Virus record (IMG/VR): IMGVR_UViG_3300032007_001727
Length of the DNA stretch: 64,000 bases
Source of the DNA: a virus
Lineage: Duplodnaviria > Caudoviricetes
Strand: one strand, 5' to 3'
The notes beneath the pieces were generated by a model that saw nothing but the letters and a program-made list of their open reading frames with translations, was not told the origin of the DNA and ran no database searches. How positions within the stretch are numbered: position 1 is the first letter of the stretch; every line of letters starts with the position of its first letter. Made by a program: the position numbers and the translations under genes. This document shows positions 27,801 to 38,124 of this stretch, one piece after another.

Positions 27801-29831
27801 ATGGGACAAAGAATAAGACACCTAGAATATTATGGTTATGCCGACCAAAATGAGTACATTGGTTTTCCAAATGTTGATTTGAGTGACATTCGTGAGGTCA
27901 ACAAGGAACAAGACAAGGAAATCAGTGAGATTTCCGGTGCCACTAAGGATAAGGCTGATGTTGAAATGGTTGAACAACTCAGTGGCAAGGTCGAGACATT
28001 TGCTGACAGACAAGACGAAATCAATAAGTGGCTTGCAAAGGGCATCAAGAAGAATAAGCATAGGATAGAACTCTTGGAGGCTAGGGATACCGAAATAGTC
28101 GACAAGATTAATGAGGTTGCTGATAAGTTTGACCCGATATATGACGAGTTGGGCACACTATCCAATAACATTGACACAACCAATTCTAGACTTGATGAAC
28201 ACATTTCCTCAGAATCCGATTTTGAAGAAACTACCAATGAGAGGCTTGAGGCCCTTGAGAATCAGCACGAGGATAACATAACTAGAGAAGAGGCATATGC
28301 CACTTTCGCAAAGAAAGAGGATGTCTATACCAAGGATGAGGTAGATGACCTCATAGAAGGTATCGATGACAAGTATGCAACCAAGGATTGGGTCCTTGGG
28401 AGAGGATATATAACCGAGGAGGATGCAAATGCAAAGTATGCTAGCAAGGCTAGGCTTAACGCACTTGAAGACCGTGTAGGTGACATTCAGACAACGTTAT
28501 ATAATCAATATAACGCACTAAATGCCGACTTGTCGGAATTCAAGACCGTTACCAACTCTAGGATTGGCTCCTTGAACGAAAAGGTTAATACCTTGGAGAC
28601 AAAGTATGACAGAGAAATTGCCAACCTCCAAGAGGAAGATGCTGAATTAAGGGAAGATATTCAAGAGAACACGAATGCGATATATAACATCAACAACGTG
28701 GCACTCCCCAACAAGGCTGACAAGTCAGACTTGACGGTACTTTCATCTAGGGTTGACACACTCTCTACAAACTTGGCAAACAAGGTTGACAAGTCCGACT
28801 ATGAGAGGGACAAGGCTAGGTTCGGTGCTCAGTTGGATGCCTTGGACAACAGAAAGGCCGACAAGACCGCATTGAACGCATTGAGCGGTGCCATCGGTGA
28901 TGTTGCAGATGACCTTGCACAAGAGATTATCGACCGTCAGAACGGCGATATTGCCTTGGGTGAGAGAATCGACGGCGTGAACGAGGAAATCCGTGAGATT
29001 GAGATTGGTGACAGAGAAAGGGACATCAAGATATCCGGACTTGAGCGTGACTTGGCAAAGGAGATAAACGACCGCATCGAGGCAGATAACGCCATAATCG
29101 GAAGTCCTAGCGACAGAGAAGAGGATGCCACCATATACGGTGCAAAGAAATATGCCGACAAGGTGGCAAATAACGCACTCACACAAGCAAAGGCTTATAC
29201 GGACGTAAAGGACAGTGCCGTTAGGGACTATGTGGATGAGACTAGGGCCGAACTTGAGAGAGACATTACGGCAAAGGCTGACAAGGCTTATGTGAATGCG
29301 ATAAGAAATGAAATCGATGCCTCAGTTGATAGCAAGATAGCGGCAGAGAAGAGTAGGGCTGAAACTGCCGAGGCCGCACTTGAAGGCTCAGTGCTGCAAG
29401 AGACCATGAGGGCAACCGAGAGGGAGAGGATTATCTCTACCGCACTGACACATACTTCAAATATCGTAAAGGCACTTACTGATTGGGACGGTGATGACAG
29501 AGAAGACTATACCGACGAGGGTAATGGTATTATCGATGTAATGCACCGTGAGATACACGATATCGAGGAGACAATCAGTGCAATAACGCAAATCGGTGAA
29601 GGTATCAAGACTAGCAACAAGCATGAGGTCGGATTCGGTACCTATAACCAAACACATACCGGTATTGCAGATGCCGACAAGACTATGTTCTCAATAGGTA
29701 TCGGTACCTCCGAATTGGATAGGAAAAACGGCATAGAGATACGCAAGAACGGTGATATATACATGTGGGTTGAGGGTGAATACATAAGGATAAATAACTT
29801 TATCGGAATGTTGGTACACGAGACGTATTAA
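27801..29831 (+). CDS. Coiled-coil fibre protein with C-terminal trimeric-adhesin-like motif
   Basis: Heptad repeats; C-terminal GTYN...MFSIGIGTSELDRKNGIEIRKNGDIY. Confidence 0.55.
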   Translation: MGQRIRHLEYYGYADQNEYIGFPNVDLSDIREVNKEQDKEISEISGATKDKADVEMVEQLSGKVETFADRQDEINKWLAKGIKKNKHRIELLEARDTEIVDKINEVADKFDPIYDELGTLSNNIDTTNSRLDEHISSESDFEETTNERLEALENQHEDNITREEAYATFAKKEDVYTKDEVDDLIEGIDDKYATKDWVLGRGYITEEDANAKYASKARLNALEDRVGDIQTTLYNQYNALNADLSEFKTVTNSRIGSLNEKVNTLETKYDREIANLQEEDAELREDIQENTNAIYNINNVALPNKADKSDLTVLSSRVDTLSTNLANKVDKSDYERDKARFGAQLDALDNRKADKTALNALSGAIGDVADDLAQEIIDRQNGDIALGERIDGVNEEIREIEIGDRERDIKISGLERDLAKEINDRIEADNAIIGSPSDREEDATIYGAKKYADKVANNALTQAKAYTDVKDSAVRDYVDETRAELERDITAKADKAYVNAIRNEIDASVDSKIAAEKSRAETAEAALEGSVLQETMRATERERIISTALTHTSNIVKALTDWDGDDREDYTDEGNGIIDVMHREIHDIEETISAITQIGEGIKTSNKHEVGFGTYNQTHTGIADADKTMFSIGIGTSELDRKNGIEIRKNGDIYMWVEGEYIRINNFIGMLVHETY

Positions 29832-29881
29832 TCAAGTTAAAATAAAAAAATTAAATAAAAACTCAAAAATATTGCAATATT

Positions 29882-32167
29882 ATGGGAAAGTACAGAATGA
29901 TTGAACCTTGGGGTTACCAAGAGGAAAATGACTATGTGAGCAAGAAATCTCAGATTGACCAAGAACTAGACAAGAACCGCAAGAATGACGAGAAGGAGTT
30001 TGCTAGTATCGATGAGTTGAGTGAAGGTTCACTTGCTGATGCAAAGTATGATAAGGAATCAGAGTCTCTTATTTTCTATAACAAGGACGGTGAGGCAAAG
30101 GCCACGGTTCCAATGACAGACATCATACCTTCAGACTTGGTTAAGAGTGTGGAGTATGACGAGGATGCAAAGAAGATTATCATCACTTTTGACAATGATG
30201 ACACGATTGAGATTCCGGTTGAGGATTTGGCAAACGTGGTTGAGGCCGGTGACGGTCTTAAGTCAGAGAGCGTTGGTGGTTCTGACGTATTCAGCGTATT
30301 TGCTGATGAGAACGGTGAGAAGAGTTATGTTGACAATGAGCCTTATATTGAGGTTTCTTCCAACGGTGTGAATGTCAAGGGTATTAACTTGGCGGTTTCA
30401 ACCGAGAAGGACCGGGCTGAGGCCGTTGAACAAGAGTTGGATGCCAAGATAGACACTGAAAAGAATGACAGAGAGGGTGCAGATGCCCAACTTTCAGAGG
30501 CAATCGAGGCCGTTGATGCAAAGGTTGATGCAATTGACCTTGCTCCTTATGCTACCATGCAATGGGTCGAGGACAAGCATTATCTCACGGAGCACCAAGA
30601 TATCTCCAACCTTGCAACCAAGGATGAAGTTGCTGCCGTTGATGCAAAGGTGGATGCCATTGATTTAACTCCTTATGCTACCAAGACAGAGGTCGAGGCA
30701 GTTGATGCAAAGGTAGATGCTGTTGACGCAAAGGTTGACGCAATTGACCTCACTCCTTATGCCACCAAGACAGAGGTTGAGGCAGTTGATGCAAAGGTGG
30801 ATGCAGAGGAGACTGCTAGAAAGGAAGACGCAATCGCTTCAGTTGAATATGTTAAGGCTGATGTTAAGATGTATTTCAAGAATGCAAACGGTGTCGTTGT
30901 TTCCGAGGTCGGAGTTGACGATTTCATCAAGGATGGTATGTTGGAAGATGCTGAAATAGTTGAAGAGGGTGGCGTTAAGTACCTCAGACTTACTTTGAAT
31001 ACTGACGGTGAGAGCAAGGTTATTGATATTGCTGTTGCTGATATTTTCAATCCGGACTTGTATTATACAAAGACCGAGAGCGATGCAATGTATGGCACAA
31101 AGGCCGAGGTTGCTGCCGTGGATGCAAAGGTTGACGCAATTGACCTCACTCCTTATGCCACCAAGACAGAGGTTGAGGCAGTTGACGCAAAGGTGGATGC
31201 TATCGATTTAACTCCTTATGCCAAGGAGGCTGATGTTGAGGCTAGTTTGGCATTAAAGGCTGACAAGACCGAGATTCCAACCGATTTCTATACTCAAGAG
31301 GAAGTTAATGTGATGATGTCCGAACTCTTGACTAGAATTGAGAACGTAGAATCAAACGTTGGTGTGGTTGTCGCTAGTTCTGCTGCCGATATTGCTGCCG
31401 CTGCCGTTGGTTCTAACTTGGTAGTTACTTCTGCCGAGGCCATTGAGGCTATGACCGCAAACAAGGAGTATTCTACGGTTACCATCGTTGGTGGTACAAT
31501 GAATGCCGACATGAAGGCAATAGCAAGCGAAAAGGTTACGGTTGACGGTTTGGGCGTTAACGGTGGAAAGGGTGCCTCGAACGGCAAGATGCAGATTTCT
31601 GCCGATACGGTGGCAATCAAGAACGTAACGATTGCAACCGGTACCACCGCATACAACGTATTCGAGTCTTCTCAGAACACGGCAAATACAAGTTATTTCA
31701 CCGAATCCTATGTTGCTGAGAACATTATGTGTGACAACACTCAGTTGAACCACAACATCTTCAATATCTATACCTTCAAGGACAACGCAACCGTTACCAT
31801 CAAGGATTCTTATTTCAACCTCGATGTTGATTCCTCGAATGCATTGAGGGTTGCAAACTATACAAATGCCGAGAACGTTACCATTGAGTTTGAGAATGTT
31901 GAATGGACCTACGAGAATAGCCCGGGTACTGATTGGGGTTGGGCAGGACTTGTTATCTATCAACCCGCCTCTTCCGATGTCGCATTGAACGGTGATATGA
32001 GCAAGATTGCAACTTGGACGTTCAAGTTCAAGAACTGCAAGTATAACGGTGAGGTTGTAGATGCAGTCAACTACGGTCAGCACAACCAAGTGTTATATGG
32101 CTATAACATCAACAAGAGTGGTGTTGTTAGTGATATTTCCGGTACCGTTAACGTTGTTTTTGAATAA
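29882..32167 (+). CDS. Fibre/spike-like protein with tandem repeats and a probable C-terminal beta-helix
   Basis: AVDAKVDAIDLTPYATKTEVE repeats; Asn/Val-rich beta-solenoid-like C-terminus. Confidence 0.55.
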   Translation: MGKYRMIEPWGYQEENDYVSKKSQIDQELDKNRKNDEKEFASIDELSEGSLADAKYDKESESLIFYNKDGEAKATVPMTDIIPSDLVKSVEYDEDAKKIIITFDNDDTIEIPVEDLANVVEAGDGLKSESVGGSDVFSVFADENGEKSYVDNEPYIEVSSNGVNVKGINLAVSTEKDRAEAVEQELDAKIDTEKNDREGADAQLSEAIEAVDAKVDAIDLAPYATMQWVEDKHYLTEHQDISNLATKDEVAAVDAKVDAIDLTPYATKTEVEAVDAKVDAVDAKVDAIDLTPYATKTEVEAVDAKVDAEETARKEDAIASVEYVKADVKMYFKNANGVVVSEVGVDDFIKDGMLEDAEIVEEGGVKYLRLTLNTDGESKVIDIAVADIFNPDLYYTKTESDAMYGTKAEVAAVDAKVDAIDLTPYATKTEVEAVDAKVDAIDLTPYAKEADVEASLALKADKTEIPTDFYTQEEVNVMMSELLTRIENVESNVGVVVASSAADIAAAAVGSNLVVTSAEAIEAMTANKEYSTVTIVGGTMNADMKAIASEKVTVDGLGVNGGKGASNGKMQISADTVAIKNVTIATGTTAYNVFESSQNTANTSYFTESYVAENIMCDNTQLNHNIFNIYTFKDNATVTIKDSYFNLDVDSSNALRVANYTNAENVTIEFENVEWTYENSPGTDWGWAGLVIYQPASSDVALNGDMSKIATWTFKFKNCKYNGEVVDAVNYGQHNQVLYGYNINKSGVVSDISGTVNVVFE
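30510..31225 (+). repeat. Intragenic ~63-bp tandem repeats in two clusters
   Basis: GATGCAAAGGTTGA(T/C)GCAATTGACCT..CTCCTTATGC.ACCAAG recurs about 5 times. Confidence 0.8.
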
Positions 32168-32190
32168 GTTATGTAAAAAAATACCATTTT

Positions 32191-32226
32191 TAAGGCTTGC
32201 AAACTCATACTTGCAAGCCTTTTTTT
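32191..32226 (+). terminator. Rho-independent terminator
   Basis: AAGGCTTGCAA...TTGCAAGCCTT followed by a T run. Confidence 0.75.
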
Positions 32227-32264
32227 AAAAGAAAAAAAATAATCTAAAAAAAAGAAAAAAAACT

Positions 32265-32900
32265 ATGATTATATTAATTGATAACGGTCACGGGTCAAAT
32301 ACGGAGAAGAACGGCAAGTTCTCCCCAAAATTGGATTCAACCGTACAAGTGGACGGAAAGTTTACAAACAACGGTAGGTTCAGAGAGTGGAAATATAACC
32401 GTGTAATAGCAAAGAAGGTGGTGCAAGAACTTAAGTCAAGCGGATATGACGCACGATTGGTTGTACCGGAGGACACGGACATATCTCTGTCTGAAAGAAT
32501 TAGGAGAATCAATACCATCTGCAATAAAAACGGTGCAAAGAACGTAATACTTGTCTCAATACACTCGAATGCTTGCGGAAACGGCTCATCTTGGATGCAA
32601 GCGAACGGATGGGAAGCCTATACCACTAAGGGTAAGACGAAGTCCGATGCATTGGCAGAATGTATCTATAACGAGGCTGAGAAGGAATTCAAGAACCGTA
32701 AAATAAGAAAGGACATGAGTGACGGTGACAAGGACAAGGAGAGTGATTTCTATATTATAAAGAAATCATATTGCCCTAGTGTATTGACTGAGAATTTTTT
32801 CTATGACAATAAGGATGACTTGAAGTATCTCACGTCTGATGAAGGCGTTGAATCCGTCGTTAGGGTACACGTAAATGGTATAAAGAAGGCGATTAAGTAA
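32265..32900 (+). CDS. N-acetylmuramoyl-L-alanine amidase (Amidase_3), probable endolysin
   Basis: ILIDNGHG, REWKYN, VSIHSNA, PSVLTENFF. Confidence 0.88.
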   Translation: MIILIDNGHGSNTEKNGKFSPKLDSTVQVDGKFTNNGRFREWKYNRVIAKKVVQELKSSGYDARLVVPEDTDISLSERIRRINTICNKNGAKNVILVSIHSNACGNGSSWMQANGWEAYTTKGKTKSDALAECIYNEAEKEFKNRKIRKDMSDGDKDKESDFYIIKKSYCPSVLTENFFYDNKDDLKYLTSDEGVESVVRVHVNGIKKAIK

Positions 32901-32977
32901 AAAAAAAAATCGTGACGATTTGAATTTTAATCATTTTCACGATATTTATTATTAAATATTTTGAAAGAAGAATTAAG

Positions 32978-33850
32978 ATGAGTAAGAACATAGAGCACAT
33001 ACAGCATGTAAAGAGTGCAACTGTAGAGAACGGGAATCCGAAGTTACCTTCCGCTAGTCAGTTATTGGAAGGTGAGTTAGGCGTTAACTATGCAAACGGG
33101 TACGAGGTAATCGCACTTAAGAATTCCGACAATAAAGTGGTTAAGTTTTCTTCTGATGACTATTATTCCAAACAGAAACTTGGCAGTGGCTTTACGGGTG
33201 AGAACAGTGCGGTTACAGTAACCGACGTTATTGCCGAAAATGAAGAGATAACGTCAGCGGCACTTAATGACTTAAACGATGCAATAACCGAGCACACGGA
33301 AGATACCGGTGTGCACGTCACTCAGTCTGAAAAGTCAACTTGGAACAACAAGGCTGACGTGAACCACGGACATGTATCGAATGCCGTAAGTGCCATGACC
33401 GGCTACATAGTCGGTACTTCGAGTGGCAGCATTGTCACAAGTGATACACTCAACGTTGCAATCGGAAAGTTGGAGAAGCGGGCAAATGACGTTTCAACGA
33501 CGATTGGCAGCGGATTCACCAATGAAAGTATCACAAAAGTTACTGAGGACAACGAATACGCGATTGCGTCTTCGATTAATGACTTGAATACCGCCATTTC
33601 AACCCATTCGGTAAATGCAACGGCACACGTTTCAGCGACTGACCGTACAAATTGGAACGGAAAGGCAAGCGCAACACACGGTCATTCGTCAAACTCAATA
33701 AGCGCAATGACAAACTATTCCGTTGCCCAAACTAGTGCATATATTAATATTTCAGACACACTTAATGTTGCGATTGGAAAATTGGAGAAGAGAATCAACG
33801 ATTTGACTGCACAATTAGCAGACTTGGAACAAAGAGTGAATAACATGTAA
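32978..33850 (+). CDS. Tail-fibre-related protein (gp37-like N-terminus, internal duplication)
   Basis: IQHVKS...LPSASQLLEGELGVNY; two copies of NE..(S/A)..NDL...HV...WNxKA..HGH...DTLNVAIGKLEKR. Confidence 0.55.
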   Translation: MSKNIEHIQHVKSATVENGNPKLPSASQLLEGELGVNYANGYEVIALKNSDNKVVKFSSDDYYSKQKLGSGFTGENSAVTVTDVIAENEEITSAALNDLNDAITEHTEDTGVHVTQSEKSTWNNKADVNHGHVSNAVSAMTGYIVGTSSGSIVTSDTLNVAIGKLEKRANDVSTTIGSGFTNESITKVTEDNEYAIASSINDLNTAISTHSVNATAHVSATDRTNWNGKASATHGHSSNSISAMTNYSVAQTSAYINISDTLNVAIGKLEKRINDLTAQLADLEQRVNNM

Positions 33851-33869
33851 ATGAAATAAAAAAAAAACT

Positions 33870-34115
33870 ATGAACAAAATCTTTAAATGGTTGGGTGACT
33901 CCAACAGATGGAAGCATCTTGTGGGCGGAATTCTAATCGGAATGGGTTCAAATAGCCTTTATTGCGCGGCATATGCCGGAATAGGTGTCGCTTCAGCACT
34001 CGAACTTAAGGATAAGTTATGGGGCGGCAAGATTGATGTTATAGATTGGGCAATGACAGTTATAGGCGTTGCACTTGGCTATACCTCAAGAGTCGAATTA
34101 TTGCTTTTGCTTTAA
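33870..34115 (+). CDS. Small membrane protein (possible holin-like)
   Basis: 81 aa with 2-3 hydrophobic segments, near the amidase gene. Confidence 0.45.
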   Translation: MNKIFKWLGDSNRWKHLVGGILIGMGSNSLYCAAYAGIGVASALELKDKLWGGKIDVIDWAMTVIGVALGYTSRVELLLLL

Positions 34116-34225
34116 TTCAAAAAAATATTTATCATCATAAAGTTGTTTTTGACACTTTGCTGATATTTATTTTTAAAGTAATCAAATAAAAAACTAATAA
34201 TTAAAAATAAAATATTTTATAAATT

Positions 34226-35713
34226 ATGGCAAGAAATTTATATTCATTGCAACTTTTGCGTAATACTAACATTTACGCAGACAAGGCAACCGCCATTGCG
34301 GCTCTTAGTGGCGTTAGCACACAAGACGGTGTAATCGTATTGGCGCGTTACTATGGTGATACGGCACATACCCAAGTTAAGACCATGTTCGGTGTTAACT
34401 ATGTAGCCGGTGCTACTACCACCGGTGATACCGGTCACAGTTATACCTTCTATGATGCTGATTCCGAGGAAATCAAGCGCTTGAAGGTTGCTTCAGATGA
34501 CCAAACTTTGGATGTCGTTTATGCCGAGAGTGGCACGAACCTTTCTGTCAACATTGATGAATCGACAATCGTTAAGGATGCTAACGACGGCACGTTGAAG
34601 GCTGACTTGGAAGTGGTAAAACTTACGGCCACAGAGGTTGCTGCTTTAAGCGATACCAACGTTAAGGATGCCTATAAGATGATTGCTCACACCGATACCG
34701 CTAGAACTGCAATCGGTGAAGTTATCAAGATTTATAAGGACAGCGCCCTTCAAGATGTTTATCTTGGTCACGTGGATGATACGATTAATGCAACAACCGG
34801 TGAAATCACTTCGGGTACCGGTGACACGGCTCTATGTTTCGTCTATCTGTTGGCTGACGGCACCTATGATTTAACTGCGGTTAATGTTGAGGAGTTCCTT
34901 GAGGAGTCTGAGTTCAAGGATGGTTTACAAGTTGTTAACCATGAGGTATCTGTCAAGAAGGATGCTACGTCCGGAAAGGTTAAGACCGGTGACACGGCAT
35001 CTGATGAGGTTGACGTATTAACCGTTTCAAGCGGTGGTGTCAAGGTTGCCAATATCCAAGAGGCCATTGACTATGCCCTCACAAAGGCCGTAGGTGAGAT
35101 TACCTCTTCCAACGCTAGCATTAGCGCAACTACTGCTGCAACGGCTGATGGTACCATCCAATATGACCTTGTTACCGATGCCAACAAGATTAAGATGAGC
35201 GGCTTTACCGCCGACACAACCGGTCTGACCGCCATCACTGAGGCTAGCACCGTAACCGAGGCTGTTAAGGCTATCGAGACCGCAATGATTTCCAACGAGT
35301 TGGTAGTTAGTGCTGCCCTCAATGACCTCGACACGACCAAGATTGACGTAATCGAGGTTAACCACGTTGCAAGCAAGACAAGTGCTGCAACAGATGTTGT
35401 TGCTTCCGTTGAAATCGGTGGTTCTGACATTAAGTTAAGTGGCTATACCGTGCCTGCTTCACCTTCGGCAGTTACTTCTGCGGATACCGTTAACGAAGCA
35501 ATTGGTAAGTTGGAGGCACAGATTGCAGTGGCAGGTCTTGAGCAAGTAGAATCCGGTAACGGTATCAGCGTTAGTACTGTTGTGAATAGAAGGCAGACCA
35601 TCAGTGCTGTTGCTACTCCGGATGCTTCTACAGTAAGTGGTGTTGCAAATCCAATCAGCGTTACCACCAATGGTATTGAATTTGCCGGTGTTCTTGACTG
35701 CGGCACATATTAA
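34226..35713 (+). CDS. Fibre-like structural protein
   Basis: Shares NELVVSAALNDL and DTVNEAIGKLE motifs with 32978..33850; C-terminal DCGTY. Confidence 0.55.
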   Translation: MARNLYSLQLLRNTNIYADKATAIAALSGVSTQDGVIVLARYYGDTAHTQVKTMFGVNYVAGATTTGDTGHSYTFYDADSEEIKRLKVASDDQTLDVVYAESGTNLSVNIDESTIVKDANDGTLKADLEVVKLTATEVAALSDTNVKDAYKMIAHTDTARTAIGEVIKIYKDSALQDVYLGHVDDTINATTGEITSGTGDTALCFVYLLADGTYDLTAVNVEEFLEESEFKDGLQVVNHEVSVKKDATSGKVKTGDTASDEVDVLTVSSGGVKVANIQEAIDYALTKAVGEITSSNASISATTAATADGTIQYDLVTDANKIKMSGFTADTTGLTAITEASTVTEAVKAIETAMISNELVVSAALNDLDTTKIDVIEVNHVASKTSAATDVVASVEIGGSDIKLSGYTVPASPSAVTSADTVNEAIGKLEAQIAVAGLEQVESGNGISVSTVVNRRQTISAVATPDASTVSGVANPISVTTNGIEFAGVLDCGTY

Positions 35714-35743
35714 TTTGATGTTAGTTAATATGTAATCCATGAT

Positions 35744-35776
35744 AAAGGGGTGTCTAACAGTTAAACACCCCTTTTT
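35744..35776 (+). terminator. Rho-independent terminator
   Basis: AAAGGGGTGT...ACACCCCTTTTT. Confidence 0.75.
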
Positions 35777-35877
35777 ATTGGCAATAACATAGGAGTGGCC
35801 ATTTTGCTTATGCTAATATTTATATTAGAAAAATACGCAAATGATATGAATAAGAAACTCAATTGTAGTAACTGCAA

Positions 35878-36081
35878 ATGGAAGATAATAGCAACATTAA
35901 CTATGAACAAGTTAGAATTGACGCAGCCATTAACGTCATGAATGCCATTCTGAGCAGTTCCATAATGGTCTTCTTCTTTGAGTTTATCTTTAAGAAGCAG
36001 ATTTCCGATATTGCGGTAAATTATGCCGACAAATTGGTTGAGGAGTTAAAAAATAAGAAAACTAATAAAATAAAAAATTGA
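35878..36081 (+). CDS. Small hypothetical protein
   Basis: 67-aa ORF: YEQVRIDAAINVMNAIL...AVNYADKLVEELK. Confidence 0.55.
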   Translation: MEDNSNINYEQVRIDAAINVMNAILSSSIMVFFFEFIFKKQISDIAVNYADKLVEELKNKKTNKIKN

Positions 36082-36090
36082 AAAAATATT

Positions 36091-36675
36091 ATGGTTAATT
36101 TAAGCACAAATCCTATGAATAGGTACTATTTTGTTAAAGATAAGGTTATCTTCAAAATAGACAGCACAAACCAAGACGGTGACATATGTGGCAGTAAACA
36201 TACTGAAGAACTCCCAAAGTTGGGGTTGAAGAAGCAAGACACATCTAGTGAAACCGATACACCAACATATTATTTGGACCAATTGATACAATGTGGTGAC
36301 CTTTTTGAAGAGGGTGCCTTTAAGCATGTTAATCACGGTGATGATTCGGAAGAGGAAATATTGTTTGACGCATACTTCAAGAATGTATGTGAGGATGAGA
36401 TTAAGATGAACGCGGTTAAGAAGAACCTCACTTTTACCGATGTCAAGAAGAATCCAAGCAAACTTGGTGTTCCCCTTTGGATGTTAACGGTAGACAGTGA
36501 ACAAGTTGACCCCAAATATAAGGTTGATGATATACAAATTAACATCACTCAAGATTCATTTGATACATATAAAAGAGAAGGTTTGGTTGAGATTGCAACG
36601 GAACAAGCCAACAATTTCTTGAAGCAATACGGTTACAAGGTAAAGACCTTGGAGATTGAAGGGCTTGGTGAATAA
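36091..36675 (+). CDS. Hypothetical protein
   Basis: 194-aa ORF followed by a hairpin at 36686-36719. Confidence 0.6.
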   Translation: MVNLSTNPMNRYYFVKDKVIFKIDSTNQDGDICGSKHTEELPKLGLKKQDTSSETDTPTYYLDQLIQCGDLFEEGAFKHVNHGDDSEEEILFDAYFKNVCEDEIKMNAVKKNLTFTDVKKNPSKLGVPLWMLTVDSEQVDPKYKVDDIQINITQDSFDTYKREGLVEIATEQANNFLKQYGYKVKTLEIEGLGE

Positions 36676-36762
36676 AACAAATAATAAAGGTGACAAATAA
36701 AAATTTTGCCACCTTTTTTGTTTATTTTTTTAAAAAACATTTTATTTTTTATAAAAAATAAT

Positions 36763-37092
36763 ATGACAATAGAGAAACTTATACATATTGAAAGGGCATT
36801 ATTGGAGATTGAATCAAGATACAAGTTTGTCCTACCGTTTAACGATGTCATAAGGCTCAAAACATTGTTGGATGAAATAGATGTCATCACAGACACTTTC
36901 ATTTCCTTACAAGACGAATATGCGTTGAAATACGATGACGTTGACAAACTTAGGGAATACCATGATAGACTTATCAATGAGAACATTGACTATGATAGGT
37001 TCAACGCGGTATTGTTTATATCAAACGTCTATGCCACGATTGCGGATGATGATTTCAAGCAACTTGTAGATGAACTTGGCATATTGAAGTAA
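36763..37092 (+). CDS. Hypothetical protein
   Basis: Likely ATG at 36763 (MTIEKL...). Confidence 0.55.
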   Translation: MTIEKLIHIERALLEIESRYKFVLPFNDVIRLKTLLDEIDVITDTFISLQDEYALKYDDVDKLREYHDRLINENIDYDRFNAVLFISNVYATIADDDFKQLVDELGILK

Positions 37093-37104
37093 AATTTTGA
37101 ATTT

Positions 37105-38079
37105 ATGGCTGAAAAGAAAACATTGGAACACTTTTTAAATGAAATGAAGGAAATTCATAATGAATTGGATTTCAGTTTGGTGACGGAGTATGTAAGTAAT
37201 AATACAAAAGTAAAGGCAATATGCCATTGTAAGGATTATTTAGGTAGAGAGCACGGGGAATTTGAAATAACCCCGGCAAACCTAATAATGGGTAAGGGAT
37301 GCCCAAAATGCAAAGGCAAGGGGTTTACATCCGAAGATAGGAAAATGTTCTGTGAGAAGAAATATAATGGATTATATGATTACTCAAAGGCTGATTTCTC
37401 GACGGTTAAGAGGAAAACTACCGTAATCTGTAAGGAACACGGAGAATTTGAGATTAATTATGACCATCATTTCAATAACGGTGTCAAATGCCCATATTGT
37501 TCCTATCCTTCTAGGGATACGGAATCATTTAAGTTGGAAGCAATTAAGAAACATAATAATTTCTACAGTTATGACAAGGTAGATTATAAAGCATCCCTTA
37601 AAAAAGTGATTATAACGTGTCCGATTCATGGTGATTTTGAACAAACTCCAAATGCACACCTTAATGGTCAAGGCTGTCCCAAATGTGCTACTAGTACACT
37701 GATATTGGAGGAGACAATCAAAAGAGGTCTAGAAAGTGAAAGTATTAATTTTACACAAAACTTTAAACCATTGTGGCTGAAAAGAAAGGCTAGAGGCAAT
37801 TTGTCCTTGGATTTCTACATAGAAGACTTAAAACTTGCAATTGAGTGTCAAGGCAAGCAACATTTTGGTCTAGGCGGTTGGTCTGAGCACTTCAATTTTG
37901 ATGAACAGTTTGAGCGAGATAGGTGGAAAATGGAGCAATGTGGGGCAAATGGCATTGAGTTGGTCTATTTTGCAAGGCAAAAAGAGGCCCCGTCAGAATA
38001 TTTTGGTAAAATTTTTACTGATTTTTGTGAATTAATGGAACATATCAGATATTTATATAATAAAAAGGCATCAGCCTAA
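37105..38079 (+). CDS. Free-standing endonuclease (3 Zn-ribbon repeats plus PD-(D/E)XK domain)
   Basis: LDFYIEDLKLAIECQGKQH; directly upstream of the tail sheath gene. Confidence 0.8.
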   Translation: MAEKKTLEHFLNEMKEIHNELDFSLVTEYVSNNTKVKAICHCKDYLGREHGEFEITPANLIMGKGCPKCKGKGFTSEDRKMFCEKKYNGLYDYSKADFSTVKRKTTVICKEHGEFEINYDHHFNNGVKCPYCSYPSRDTESFKLEAIKKHNNFYSYDKVDYKASLKKVIITCPIHGDFEQTPNAHLNGQGCPKCATSTLILEETIKRGLESESINFTQNFKPLWLKRKARGNLSLDFYIEDLKLAIECQGKQHFGLGGWSEHFNFDEQFERDRWKMEQCGANGIELVYFARQKEAPSEYFGKIFTDFCELMEHIRYLYNKKASA

Positions 38080-38124
38080 ATATTTAATGAATTAAAAAAT
38101 AATTATAATAAAAAAGAGAAAATT

